Assembly: GCA_945834475.1 (NCBI GenBank)
Contig: CAMAHK010000004.1
Location: 1-60,763, forward strand
Length of the DNA stretch: 60,763 nucleotides
Direction of reading: 5' to 3'
From: an uncultured Verrucomicrobiota bacterium
GTDB taxonomy: Bacteria; Verrucomicrobiota; Kiritimatiellia; RFP12; UBA1067
The notes under the pieces are model-generated. The model made no database searches. It was not told the origin of the DNA and worked only from the letters and a program-made list of their open reading frames with translations. The first letter of the stretch is position 1. Every line of letters begins with the position of its first letter. Below are positions 18,029-27,186 of the stretch, piece after piece. The translations under genes and the position numbers were made by a program.

Positions 18029-18061
18029 ACATACGAATTCTATCAAATGAAGGAATATTGT

Positions 18062-19495
18062 ATGTTTATTGGCCGCGAGGGAGAACTTGCAGATTTGGCG
18101 CAGCTTTGGAAGAAGAAGACATCTTCTTTTGTGACCTGCCGAGGCCGTCGGCGTATCGGCAAAAGCAGTCTCGTTGAAGAGTTTGCGCGGCGCAGTGACT
18201 GCCGGTTTATCGAGATTGCCGGCACGGCTCCGCAGCCGAAGATGACGAATGCCGATCAGCTTGCGAATTTCGTTGCCCAGCTGGCACTGCAGTCGGATCT
18301 GCCGCGAAATCTGTCCGCTTCAAATTGGCTTGAGGCGTTCTCGCTTCTCGACATGACGATTCGTGATCGCGAGCGGACGGTGGTCCTGTTGGATGAGGTC
18401 TCGTGGATGGGCCGCTATGATGCGAATTTTGCCGGAATGCTCAAGACGGCGTGGGATACACGGCTCAAGAAGCATGATCGGCTGATTGTTGTCGTCTGTG
18501 GTTCGGTTTCAACCTGGATCTCGCAAAATATCCTCGAGAGCTCGGCTTTTGCAGGGCGGCTTTCGCTCAATCTCACGTTGGAGGAGTTGCCGTTGAATCT
18601 TTGCGTGCGCTTTTGGGGAGAGAAGCGCTCGCGACTCGCAGTCAAGGATATACTCGACGTCCTGGCGGTAACCGGCGGCGTGCCGAAGTATCTGGAAGAA
18701 ATTGACAGCTCGGTCTCGGCGGACGAAAACATTCGTCGTCTTTGCTTTACCCCCGAGGGGGCCCTGGTCGAAGAGTTCGAACAAATCTTCAGCGAAGTCT
18801 TCGAGGAAAGCGCATCGATCAAGAAGTCGATTCTTCGGTCCTTGAGTGAAGGACCTCTTGCGGCAGGTGAAATCGCGGAAAGATTGGGTACGGAACGGAA
18901 CGGCCATCTGACGCGTCACTTGCGAGACCTTGAAGCGGGCGGATTTGTAGCGCGAGAAGGGGGGCTCAATCCCGAAACCGACAAGCCGCTCAAGGTCGAG
19001 ACCTATCGGATTAAGGATAATTACACGCGGTTCTATCTCCATCATATCGAACCGCGGATCGCGGCGATCAAGTCCGGCACTTTCATGTTTGCGTCATTGG
19101 GCGAGCTGCAGGGCTGGTCGACGATCGTGGCCCTTCAGTTTGAGAATCTGGTCGTCAGTCACTATCGCGAGTTGTTGCCGTTCCTGCATATCGGGAGGCA
19201 GCTCATCCTTTCGGCGGCACCATATTCAAGGCGGGGAACGAAGACGCGGGAGGGCGTGCAGGTTGACTTGCTCCTTCAGATGAAGAGCGCGGTGTATGTC
19301 ATCGAAGTCAAGCACCAGACGCGAATCGACTCTTCGATTGAAAGGGAGATGCGGGAGAAAATCTCTCGGATTTCATTCGCCGGCGAGAAGAGCAAACGCG
19401 TCGTGCTGGTGCATGCCGGCGAAATCGATGCGAAGATAGCCGAGGACGGTTACTTCGATGCCATCGTCTCAGACCGAGAGCTTCTGGGGCTTTAG
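18062..19495 (+). CDS. AAA ATPase (Arch_ATPase/DUF234-type) with C-terminal PD-(D/E)xK-like motif
   Basis: MFIGREGELADL..CRGRRRIGKSSLVEEF (Walker A), LLDEVSWM (Walker B-like) and C-terminal VDLLL..YVIEVKH. The start was chosen by alignment to the paralogue MKFYGREAEL; ATG 18047 is also possible. Confidence 0.75.
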   Translation: MFIGREGELADLAQLWKKKTSSFVTCRGRRRIGKSSLVEEFARRSDCRFIEIAGTAPQPKMTNADQLANFVAQLALQSDLPRNLSASNWLEAFSLLDMTIRDRERTVVLLDEVSWMGRYDANFAGMLKTAWDTRLKKHDRLIVVVCGSVSTWISQNILESSAFAGRLSLNLTLEELPLNLCVRFWGEKRSRLAVKDILDVLAVTGGVPKYLEEIDSSVSADENIRRLCFTPEGALVEEFEQIFSEVFEESASIKKSILRSLSEGPLAAGEIAERLGTERNGHLTRHLRDLEAGGFVAREGGLNPETDKPLKVETYRIKDNYTRFYLHHIEPRIAAIKSGTFMFASLGELQGWSTIVALQFENLVVSHYRELLPFLHIGRQLILSAAPYSRRGTKTREGVQVDLLLQMKSAVYVIEVKHQTRIDSSIEREMREKISRISFAGEKSKRVVLVHAGEIDAKIAEDGYFDAIVSDRELLGL

Positions 19496-19498
19496 ATT

Positions 19499-19542
19499 CC
19501 CCCTTTGGGACGATGGAGCGGGCGGGAAAGGTTTGATAGAAT
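19499..19542 (+). promoter_or_regulatory. Promoter (box + N22 + TAGAAT)
   Basis: CCCCCTTTGGGACGAT ends at 19514 and TGaTAGAAT ends at 19542. The ATG lies 7 nt downstream. Confidence 0.45.
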
Positions 19543-19549
19543 CTCCGGT

Positions 19550-19663
19550 ATGATGAAATGGAGATTTGCGGTTGGTAAACTGGTGTGGGGGCTGCTTCTT
19601 CCCTATACGCTGTCGGCGGCGCCGGCGGCGGTTGATCCGCGCTCGCCGCTGAAGTTCGAATAG
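19550..19663 (+). pseudogene. Remnant mini-ORF: signal peptide fused to the last residues of a lyase-like paralogue
   Basis: MMKWRFAVGKLVWGLLLPYTLSAAPAAVDPRSPLKFE*. Compare the start of 32564..34318 (..ILGAAPVDPRTPR) and its end (..VGLKFN*). Confidence 0.45.
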
Positions 19664-19672
19664 GCAGCATCC

Positions 19673-19717
19673 GTGTACCCGGCGTGAGCGGAGTACCCGG
19701 CGTGACCTAGAGTACCC
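19673..19717. repeat. Cluster of partial REP copies
   Basis: GTGTACCCGGCGTGA, GAGTACCCGGCGTGACCT, AGAGTACCC. Confidence 0.6.
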
Positions 19718-19898
19718 CTGAGTCGCGTTCTCGGTCTTCTTTACTGCTTGTTGCAGGTTCGTCCCTTTTCGGAGCCGAATCGGTTGCCGGCGGCTTTACC
19801 AATGTCACGTGGGTGACGGAGCAGGGAAGTGTCGTCTGGGTGGGGAAGTGTCGTGCCCGCACGTTAGATCTCGGCGCTGGATTTGCAGGGGACTGTTT

Positions 19899-19939
19899 TG
19901 ATATAATACAACTGTTTGGCAAACAGCCGTTTGCCAAAC
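19899..19939 (+). promoter_or_regulatory. TGaTATAAT box followed by an 11-bp hairpin/operator-like inverted repeat
   Basis: TGATATAAT at 19899-19907. GTTTGGCAAAC (19914-19924), loop AGCC, then GTTTGCCAAAC (19929-19939). AAAGGAG precedes GTG 19965. Confidence 0.45.
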
Positions 19940-19964
19940 GTGCGTTTGTCGAAAGGAGTTTCCT

Positions 19965-21290
19965 GTGAAGTTTTATGGTCGTGAAGCGGAATTGGACGAG
20001 TTGGCGACGATTCGTCGGTTTTCCTTTGAGTCGTCACGGTTCACTGTCGTGACCGGGCGGCGGCGTGTCGGGAAAACGGAGCTTGTTGAGAAGGCTTTTC
20101 GCGATGGAAAGACGCCTTATCTGTATCTTTTGATTTCGCAGCGCGCCGAGAAAGACTTGTGTGTGATTCTTCAGGAAGACATATCGCGCGTTCTCTCGCG
20201 TCCTCTTCTTGGCCAGGCCGAGCGGTTCGGACAGCTTTTCAGGGCTGTTCTCGAATACTCGATTGAAACGCCCTTGACGCTTGTCATTGACGAGTTTCAG
20301 GAATTCGACCGCATCGATCCGGCGATCTTCACGGATATTCAAGGCGTTTGGGACGAGTTGCATCGCAAGGCGCGGGTCAATCTGGTCGTCTGTAGCAGCG
20401 TAAACCGCTTGATGAACAAGATCTTCTTCGATGATTCGCAGCCGCTTTACGGACGCAACACCGGAAAGATCCATCTTGATCCGTTTCCTGTTGATCTTGT
20501 GAAGACGATTCTCGCGGAGCATGCGCCGAAATACACGCCGCGCGACCTGTTGGCACTCTGGACGATGACCGGTGGGGTCGCACGTTATGTCGAACTTCTG
20601 ATGGATGCCAAGGCGACCACGCGAAAGAAGATGATTGAAACTGTCTTCGGTCTGAGTTCGGCGTATGTCGATGAGGGACGTATCATCCTCGGACAGGAAT
20701 TCGGTCGGGAAAGCGGAGTCTATTTTTCAATCCTTTCGGCGATTGCCTCGGGGCGGACCTCCTATGCTGAAATCAGGAATGTCATCGGAGCCGAAATCGG
20801 AGGACAGCTGACCAAATTGGAGACCGTCTACTCGCTCATTGAGAAGGTACAACCTGCCTATGAGACGCCGACGTCCCGCAATTGCCAATATCGGATCAAC
20901 GACTGCTTCTTCCGATTCTGGTTTCGCTTTGTCTACAAATACCTGCATCTGCTTGAGCAAAAGCAGTATGCCGAGCTTCGTACGCTCGTGGAGCGGGATT
21001 TAGATCAGTTCTCAGGCTTTGCACTGGAACGGTATTTTCGTGCGAAGTTTCTTGAAGCGCATCGCTACACGCGTGTCGCGGGCTGGTGGGACCGCAAGGG
21101 CGAGAACGAGATTGACCTTGTCTGTGAGAACGAAGTGGCGGACGCCCTTGACTTCTTTGAGGTCAAGTGCGACAAGACACGTCTTCGCCAACTCGATTTG
21201 CAGTTGAAAGTCGCCGCCTTTTTCCGCAAGCATCCCGATCTGCAACGGGACAATGTCCGAATCGACGGCCTTTCGCTGGCTGACATGTAA
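19965..21290 (+). CDS. AAA ATPase (Arch_ATPase/DUF234-type) with C-terminal PD-(D/E)xK-like motif, paralogue 2
   Basis: MKFYGREAELDEL..TGRRRVGKTELVEKAF, LVIDEFQEF and C-terminal EIDLVCEN..FFEVKCDK. Confidence 0.75.
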   Translation: MKFYGREAELDELATIRRFSFESSRFTVVTGRRRVGKTELVEKAFRDGKTPYLYLLISQRAEKDLCVILQEDISRVLSRPLLGQAERFGQLFRAVLEYSIETPLTLVIDEFQEFDRIDPAIFTDIQGVWDELHRKARVNLVVCSSVNRLMNKIFFDDSQPLYGRNTGKIHLDPFPVDLVKTILAEHAPKYTPRDLLALWTMTGGVARYVELLMDAKATTRKKMIETVFGLSSAYVDEGRIILGQEFGRESGVYFSILSAIASGRTSYAEIRNVIGAEIGGQLTKLETVYSLIEKVQPAYETPTSRNCQYRINDCFFRFWFRFVYKYLHLLEQKQYAELRTLVERDLDQFSGFALERYFRAKFLEAHRYTRVAGWWDRKGENEIDLVCENEVADALDFFEVKCDKTRLRQLDLQLKVAAFFRKHPDLQRDNVRIDGLSLADM

Positions 21291-21368
21291 CAGTGTGTCC
21301 TTCGCTCTCGCGCCTTTCGACTTATCCACCGGTATCAAGCGGTAGCCCGTGCAAGTTCTGCCGCGGGA

Positions 21369-22388
21369 CTATCGAGTCGATGCGCGGATTGTCAGCGTCG
21401 TCGGAATGACCTTGGTGACGCGTGTCTTCGCGGGTTTGCTGACGAGGCGGCGGTAGAGAAGGCGTGCGGCTTCGCGTCCGAGAGCCGTCGCGTCCTGACG
21501 GGCGGTTGTGATGGGGACGGCGGCGAGTTCTGTCATCAGCGTGTCGGAGAATCCCGTCAGGAGACAGTCATTGGGAATCTTGATCTTGTGCGAGAGAAGT
21601 TCCTTCTCGACACCGAGCGCGAGCGGATCGTTGTAGCAGCAGATGGCGTCCGGACGTTTTGCGCCATCCAGCAGCTCGCAAGCTCCGCGAATGCCCGAGG
21701 CGATGTCCGAGCCGACGTTGCGGACGAGCGTTTCGTCGGGGGTGAGACGGGCGGCCGAGAGAGCGGCGAGAAAACCGGCCTTGCGTTCGCGGGCCGTCCA
21801 GGAACGGTCGGATGCCGCGCCGAGATAGGCGATGCGGCCGGCACCGCGCGAGAGGACATGTTCGACGAGCCGCTGCATGGCGGCACGGTCGTCGACGATT
21901 ACGGCATCGGCCGCGAAGCCGGGAACGCGGCGGTCGACGAAGACGAGCGGCTTGTGGCTTTGCGTCAGGAGCTCGCGCAAATGCGTGTAGCCATCCATCG
22001 CGACCGGGCACCAGAGAAGTCCGTCCACGCCGAGTTGCAAAAGCGAGGAAATGACGCGGTATTCGGAGATCGTCGAGTTGTGCGAGCAGCACATCATCAC
22101 GCGCCAGCCGCGCTCCGCGAAGAAACTCTCGATGGCCTCGAACATCGCGGGAAAGATCGTGTCCGCGAGATGCGGAATGACGAAACCGATCGTCATCGTC
22201 GGCTTGGCGTCCGAAAGCTGGTAAAGGTCGCGCGAGGGAATGTAGCCCATCTCCTCGGCACAGGCGACGATCTTGCGCTGGACGTCGGGACTGACGCCGA
22301 ACTTCCCGTGAATGGCGCGGGAGACGGTCATCAGCGACACGCCGCAGGCGTCCGCAATATCCTGAAGAGAAACCGGTTTGCGTTTCAT
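21369..22388 (-). CDS. LacI-family transcriptional regulator
   Basis: N-terminal HTH VSLQDIADACGVSLMTVSRAIHGK plus a periplasmic-binding-fold body. 339 aa. Confidence 0.9.
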   Translation of the reverse strand: MKRKPVSLQDIADACGVSLMTVSRAIHGKFGVSPDVQRKIVACAEEMGYIPSRDLYQLSDAKPTMTIGFVIPHLADTIFPAMFEAIESFFAERGWRVMMCCSHNSTISEYRVISSLLQLGVDGLLWCPVAMDGYTHLRELLTQSHKPLVFVDRRVPGFAADAVIVDDRAAMQRLVEHVLSRGAGRIAYLGAASDRSWTARERKAGFLAALSAARLTPDETLVRNVGSDIASGIRGACELLDGAKRPDAICCYNDPLALGVEKELLSHKIKIPNDCLLTGFSDTLMTELAAVPITTARQDATALGREAARLLYRRLVSKPAKTRVTKVIPTTLTIRASTR

Positions 22389-22408
22389 GGACGCAAATTA
22401 TACGTTAA

Positions 22409-22420
22409 TTTAACGTTAAA
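22409..22420. promoter_or_regulatory. 12-bp perfect palindrome TTTAACGTTAAA (candidate LacI-family operator)
   Basis: It has a central CG with A/T-rich arms and lies in the divergent intergenic region between the LacI gene and the sugar-oxidation operon. Confidence 0.5.
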
Positions 22421-22453
22421 GACAAGCCGGGCGTCTCTTCCTGTTCGATCTGG

Positions 22454-22461
22454 TGTATAAT
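22454..22461 (+). promoter_or_regulatory. TGTATAAT -10 box
   Basis: TATAAT at 22456-22461. ATG 22469 lies 7 nt downstream, so the transcript may be leaderless. Confidence 0.5.
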
Positions 22462-22468
22462 GCGCGGC

Positions 22469-23440
22469 ATGACTGAACTGACTGCACCCATCATCTTCGG
22501 CACGAGCTGCCTTGGCAATCTCTATCGGGCGATTCCGATGGAGACGAAGACGGCGATTGCCGCCGAATGGTTCAAGGCGTATCCGAAACCCGTCATCGAT
22601 TCCGCCGGCAAGTACGGCGCGGGGCTCTCGCTCGAGTGCATCGGCAAGGCGCTCCGGGCGCTCGGCAAGAAGCTGGGCGACATCACCATTTCCGTGAAGC
22701 TCGGCTGGCGGCGGAAGCCGCTGACGACACCCGAGCCGACCTTCGAGCCCGGCGCGTGGGCCGATCTCGACTGGGATGCGCAACAGGACATTTCGTATGA
22801 CGGCATCCTGCGCTGCTACGAAGAGGCGAAGGAGCTTCTCGGCGGCTATCCGATCGACCTCGTTTCCGTTCACGATCCCGACGAATACCTCGCAGGAGTA
22901 GGGCGGCCCGTCTCGGGCCGCCGCGCGGATATCCTGGGGGCGTATGAGGCGCTGTTCGAACTCAAGGCGAAGGGCGAGGTGAAGGGCGTCGGCGTCGGGT
23001 CGAAGGATTGGACGGTCATTCGGGATCTCGCGGCGGACGTGCCGTTTGACTGGACGATGTTCGCGTGCGCGCCGACGATCCTGCGGCATCCGCCGGAGCT
23101 TCTCGCGTTCATCGCCGACCTCGCGGCGAAGGGCGTGACGGTCATTGATTCGGCGGTCTTCAACGGCGGCTTCCTGACCGGCGGGGATCTGCTCGATTAC
23201 CGTCCTGCCGATCCGGTCTCCGACGCACGGCTCTTTGCCGTCCGTGACGCGTACCTGAAGCTGTGTGCGAAATACGCGCTCGACCCGGCGGCCGTGGCAG
23301 TGGAGTACGCGCTGCGGCTGCCGGGCGTCAAGCATGTCGCGCTCAACACCTCGAAGCCCGAGCGGGTGGCGGTCAATGCCGCGTACGGTGCGCATCGGGC
23401 GCCTGAAACATTTTGGAACGAACTCAAGGAGATTCTATGA
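22469..23440 (+). CDS. Aldo/keto reductase (aldose 1-dehydrogenase-like)
   Basis: IFGTSCLGNLY and the overall AKR pattern. ATG 22460 is an alternative start. Confidence 0.75.
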   Translation: MTELTAPIIFGTSCLGNLYRAIPMETKTAIAAEWFKAYPKPVIDSAGKYGAGLSLECIGKALRALGKKLGDITISVKLGWRRKPLTTPEPTFEPGAWADLDWDAQQDISYDGILRCYEEAKELLGGYPIDLVSVHDPDEYLAGVGRPVSGRRADILGAYEALFELKAKGEVKGVGVGSKDWTVIRDLAADVPFDWTMFACAPTILRHPPELLAFIADLAAKGVTVIDSAVFNGGFLTGGDLLDYRPADPVSDARLFAVRDAYLKLCAKYALDPAAVAVEYALRLPGVKHVALNTSKPERVAVNAAYGAHRAPETFWNELKEIL

Positions 23441-24456
23441 AAGCGTTTGCGATTGCGGGAGTGAAGGAAACGTCCTTTGTCGACATTGCCGAACCCGAAC
23501 TCAAGTCGGGCGAGGTGAAGCTCGAGATCAAGTACATCGGCTATTGCGGGAGCGACCTCAACACGTACCGCGGCTTCAATCCGCTGGTGAAGCTGCCGCG
23601 GATTCCGGGACACGAGATTTCGGCTGTCATCGTCGATAAGGGTGCGGGTGTTCCGGACGCGTGGCGAATCGGACAGGCGGTGACGGTGTCGCCGTACACG
23701 AACTGCGGACTTTGCTCGAGTTGCCTCAAGGGTCGTCCCAACTGCTGCCGTTACAACGAGACGCTGGGCGTTCAGCGTGACGGCGCGCTCACGAAGTTCA
23801 TCACGGTGCCGTGGACGAAGCTTTACGACGCCGAAGGCGTTGCGCTCGAGCACATCGGACTCATCGAGCCGCTGACGGTCGGCGGACACGCGGCGGACCG
23901 GTCGGCGGCGATGGAAGACGATGTCACGGCCGTGATCGGTTGCGGGGCGGTGGGGCTTGGCGCGGTGCTCGGCCTCGCGCAGAAGAACGCGCGGAAGGTG
24001 ATTGCGATCGACGTCGATGACGCGAAGCTTGCGCTTGCGAGGGAGTTCGGCGCGACAGACGTCGTCAATAGCGCGACGACCGACCTGCACGCGGCGCTCG
24101 AGGAGTTGTCGGGTGGACACGGGCCGAATTGCATCATCGAGGCGGTGGGGCTTCCCGCGACATTCCGTGCGGCGGTCGATGAGGTCGCGTTTGCGGGTTC
24201 GGTGACGTACATCGGCTATGCGAAGGCGCCGGTCGAGTATCAGACGAAGCTCTTCGTGCAGAAGGAACTCGACATTCGCGGCAGTCGCAATGCGACGCCG
24301 GCGAATTTCCGCCGCGTCATCGACTTCGCACGGCGCGGACTTTTTCCGATTGCGAAGATGCTGACGAAGGCGTATGATTTTGCGGACGCGGGACAAGCTC
24401 TCGCCGACTGGGACGCGGCGCCGGGCAAGGTCTGCAGACTGGCGGTGAAACTGTGA
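23437..24456 (+). CDS. Zn-dependent MDR-family sugar/polyol dehydrogenase
   Basis: GYCGSDLNTYRG, PGHEISAVI and GCGAVGLG (Rossmann). The start MKAFAIAG is ATGA-coupled. Confidence 0.85.
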   Translation: MKAFAIAGVKETSFVDIAEPELKSGEVKLEIKYIGYCGSDLNTYRGFNPLVKLPRIPGHEISAVIVDKGAGVPDAWRIGQAVTVSPYTNCGLCSSCLKGRPNCCRYNETLGVQRDGALTKFITVPWTKLYDAEGVALEHIGLIEPLTVGGHAADRSAAMEDDVTAVIGCGAVGLGAVLGLAQKNARKVIAIDVDDAKLALAREFGATDVVNSATTDLHAALEELSGGHGPNCIIEAVGLPATFRAAVDEVAFAGSVTYIGYAKAPVEYQTKLFVQKELDIRGSRNATPANFRRVIDFARRGLFPIAKMLTKAYDFADAGQALADWDAAPGKVCRLAVKL

Positions 24457-25232
24457 TCGTCGACGCGCATCATCATTTCTGGCGGTACACGCTGGAGGAA
24501 TTCGGCTGGATCGCGTCCGATGCCTTGCGGCGCGATTTCGGTCCGAAGGAGCTTGAGGCAACGATTCGGGGGACGGTCGACCGTGTGGTCTCGGTCGAGG
24601 CGCGGCAGTGCGTCGCCGAGACGGAGCAGCTTCTCGGCTACGCGGCGAAATATGAGTTCATCGCCGGCGTGACGGGGTGGCTGCCGATTGCCGATGCGGT
24701 GCGCTTCCCTGCGCTTCTGGAACGCTTTGCGGCGGAGCCGAAGCTCAAGGCGCTGCGGCATGTCGTGCAGGACGAGCCGGACGAGGCGTTCATCCTGCGG
24801 GAGGATTTCAACGCCGGGATCTCGCGACTGGAGGGGACGTCGCTCGCATACGAGATCCTCGTCTTTCAGCGGCAACTTGCGAATGCGATTCGTTTCGCGG
24901 ACAAGCATCCGAACCTGCGGCTCGTGTTGGATCATATGGGCAAGCCCGCTGGAGAATACAATCCCGAGTGGGTGCGATTCATTCGCGAGATGGCGAAGCG
25001 GGAGAACGTGTGGTGCAAGGTTTCGGGACTCGTCACCGAAGTCGGGCGCGTCGATTTCCGTCCGTACGTCGAGACGGTGCTCGAGGCCTTTGGTCCGAGC
25101 CGCGTCATGTGGGGCAGCGACTGGCCGGTCGTGACGGCTGATCTTGCCTACGCCGACTGGCTCGCGGACTGTCGAGAAATGCTTCCCGAAGAATGTTTCT
25201 CTCAGGTCGCAGAACGATTCTACAATTTATGA
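24453..25232 (+). CDS. Amidohydrolase_2-family lactonase-like protein (L-fuconolactonase-like)
   Basis: It starts MIVDAHHHFW and has ..WGSDWPV. It is ATGA-coupled on both sides. Confidence 0.7.
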   Translation: MIVDAHHHFWRYTLEEFGWIASDALRRDFGPKELEATIRGTVDRVVSVEARQCVAETEQLLGYAAKYEFIAGVTGWLPIADAVRFPALLERFAAEPKLKALRHVVQDEPDEAFILREDFNAGISRLEGTSLAYEILVFQRQLANAIRFADKHPNLRLVLDHMGKPAGEYNPEWVRFIREMAKRENVWCKVSGLVTEVGRVDFRPYVETVLEAFGPSRVMWGSDWPVVTADLAYADWLADCREMLPEECFSQVAERFYNL

Positions 25233-26674
25233 AATCAATCCTCAACTATTCACTATTCACTATCTCCTGTTCACTTCTACCGCTTGCGCATGCGCAGTCG
25301 GTAGACCGTCCGCGTCCGGCGGGCTGGGAGCGGCTGGTGCCGGGCGGACGGTTTATGGACCGCTTTGAAGAGTCCCGGCCGATCGGGGCACTCACGTCCG
25401 ACTGCTGGGGCGGGGACAACGTGAAGCCGCGTGATGTCCGCAATGGCATGGAGTCGAAGGACTATTCCTACTGGGGCGGAAACATCGTCTATGTGGACGG
25501 ACAGTACCATCTCTTTGTTGCGCGGTGGAAGGAGAGCGAAACTAAGGGGCATATGTTCTGGCCTAAGAGCGAGATTGCGCATTGCGTCTCGTCGCGGTCG
25601 GACGGCAACTTCAAGGTCGTCGGCGTGATTGGCAAGGGTCACAACCCCGAACTCTTTCGTTGCAAGGACGGTTCGTTCGCCGTCTACTGCATCAACGATC
25701 AGGGTAAGGCGCATGTCTACCGCGCGCCGACGGTGGGTGGTCCGTGGACTTATTCGCGGCTCGCTCTCGACCTCAACGGGCGCAAGCTCATCGAGGGCGA
25801 ATCGAACTTCTCGTTTACGCGGCGTCCCGACGGATCGGTGCTGGCGGTCTGCCGCGGCGGGGCGATCTGGCTGAGTCCCGACGGACTCCAGCCGTTCAAG
25901 ATGATGACGGGCCGTGTCTATCCCGATGTGGCGGGGCGCTTTGAGGATCCCGTCCTCTGGCGCGACGAGGTGCAGTATCATCTTATCGTCAATGACTGGC
26001 TGGGGCGGGTTGCGTGGTATCTCACCTCGCCGGACGGCTTTACTTGGACAACCCAGCCGGGCGAGGCGTACAGGCCAGGCATCGCAAAGGTGATGGGCTG
26101 TATTTCGAACGACTGGTTTAAGTATGAGCGCATGCGGGTGACGACCGACAATTACGGCCGCGTCTTCCAGGCGAACTTCGCAGTCATTGACTGCGTGAAG
26201 AAGGAGGATGTCGGCGGAGACAAACATTCGTCGAAGAACATCACGATTCCGGTGAATCCGGGCCGTCGTGTGCAGAGCTTCAAGAAGACGCGCAAGGGAT
26301 GGGAGATGCGCATCGCAAAGGAGCGCGACTTCAATCCGCTTACCGACATTGACGTCGAGAGTGTCGTCTTCGGTCCGCAGTCCTTCGTTGCCTACGGCCA
26401 AGGCGTAAAGCCGATCGGAACGGCCGAGGCGAACGGCGACCTTGTTCTCATCTTCCCGCTTGTTGAACTCGACACACCGGTCGTGAAGGCTCTCGGGCGC
26501 GAGAAGTCGGGACGGCTCTTCTTTGCGACCTGCCGGACGGATGGTACCAAGCTTGCGGGCGACTGCCGCTTTGGTACGGGGACAGTCCCCCAATCGCCTG
26601 ACGTCGCCCCGGGGGGGGGCTGGGGTCTGACACCGTTGGTGGGGTTGTCAGGGGTGGGGTTCGTTCCTCTTTGA
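25229..26674 (+). CDS. Secreted beta-propeller-type glycoside-hydrolase-like protein (family not resolved)
   Basis: The signal peptide MKSILNYSLFTISCSLLPLAHA begins at an ATGA-coupled ATG. Repeated W..DG.YHL/F motifs are present. The 3' end contains a G9 tract and an odd tail. Confidence 0.55.
   Translation: MKSILNYSLFTISCSLLPLAHAQSVDRPRPAGWERLVPGGRFMDRFEESRPIGALTSDCWGGDNVKPRDVRNGMESKDYSYWGGNIVYVDGQYHLFVARWKESETKGHMFWPKSEIAHCVSSRSDGNFKVVGVIGKGHNPELFRCKDGSFAVYCINDQGKAHVYRAPTVGGPWTYSRLALDLNGRKLIEGESNFSFTRRPDGSVLAVCRGGAIWLSPDGLQPFKMMTGRVYPDVAGRFEDPVLWRDEVQYHLIVNDWLGRVAWYLTSPDGFTWTTQPGEAYRPGIAKVMGCISNDWFKYERMRVTTDNYGRVFQANFAVIDCVKKEDVGGDKHSSKNITIPVNPGRRVQSFKKTRKGWEMRIAKERDFNPLTDIDVESVVFGPQSFVAYGQGVKPIGTAEANGDLVLIFPLVELDTPVVKALGREKSGRLFFATCRTDGTKLAGDCRFGTGTVPQSPDVAPGGGWGLTPLVGLSGVGFVPL
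26611..26619 (+). repeat. G9 homopolymer inside the 3' end of the CDS
   Basis: Read directly. Confidence 0.95.
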
Positions 26675-26687
26675 TATACTATGCCGT

Positions 26688-26973
26688 ATGTGGGACGCGA
26701 GCGAGTTCATGAAGACGCAGAAGCAGTACGCGACGGTTTCCTTCAACGGACGACGCATGACACCGGCACGATGTGGGAGTCGCGCTTCCGCGTACGGGAG
26801 TATGCGCTGGACGAGTTCTGGACGAAGACTGGCACCTACCTTGGTCAGGGAAGGTCGAGCACGCGAAGGGCGTGGACGATCTCTGGAACGACTACATCGT
26901 TCCGCGCTGTCGCCATCTTTTCGAGACGTACTCGATCCACAACACCGCGAAGGGCATCGGCTACCCGGCGTAA
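26688..26973 (+). pseudogene. Fragmented small gene spread over three frames
   Basis: Plausible coding pieces lie in different frames: MWDASEFMKTQKQYATVSF.. / ..MWESRFRVREYALDEFWTKTGTYLG.. / ..KVEHAKGVDDLWNDYIVPRCRHLFETYSIHNTAKGIGYPA*. Confidence 0.3.
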
Positions 26974-26977
26974 ACAA

Positions 26978-27130
26978 AGTACCCGGCGTGACCTCACGCC
27001 GAGGCGCGGTAAAAGCAAGCGGACGCGCCGCCTGCGGCGCCCGCGATGGTTTTGCGCGTTCCGCCTCGCTACGCGAAGGCGAAACGCTTACGGCTTGGTC
27101 CTGCCACGGCGTGAGGTCACGCCGGGTACT
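26978..27130. mobile_element. MITE-like composite REP element (~153 bp)
   Basis: The left end is AGTACCCGGCGTGACCTCACGCCGAGGCGCGGTAA and the right end is GGTCCTGCCACGGCGTGAGGTCACGCCGGGTACT, in inverted orientation. The internal segment is homologous to 30834-31018. Confidence 0.7.
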
Positions 27131-27138
27131 CTGAATCC

Positions 27139-27180
27139 CCCAATGGTATGATGGGCAGTGGGGGGCGGATATGGTAGAAT
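27139..27180 (+). promoter_or_regulatory. Promoter (box + N22 + TGgTAGAAT)
   Basis: CCCAATGGTATGAT ends at 27152 and TAGAAT is at 27175-27180. ATG 27187 follows after 6 nt. Confidence 0.5.
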
Positions 27181-27186
27181 GTGCTT

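Noticed and set aside
26681-27151. ORFs crossing REP/MITE DNA (peptides such as PGVTSRRG, TPRREVT, RDLTPRQG; also 29111.., 30844.., 34328.., 53714..)
   Set aside because: The same peptides arise wherever a frame crosses the REP palindrome. Apart from the two in-frame cases reported, these ORFs have no start context and no flanking coding signal.
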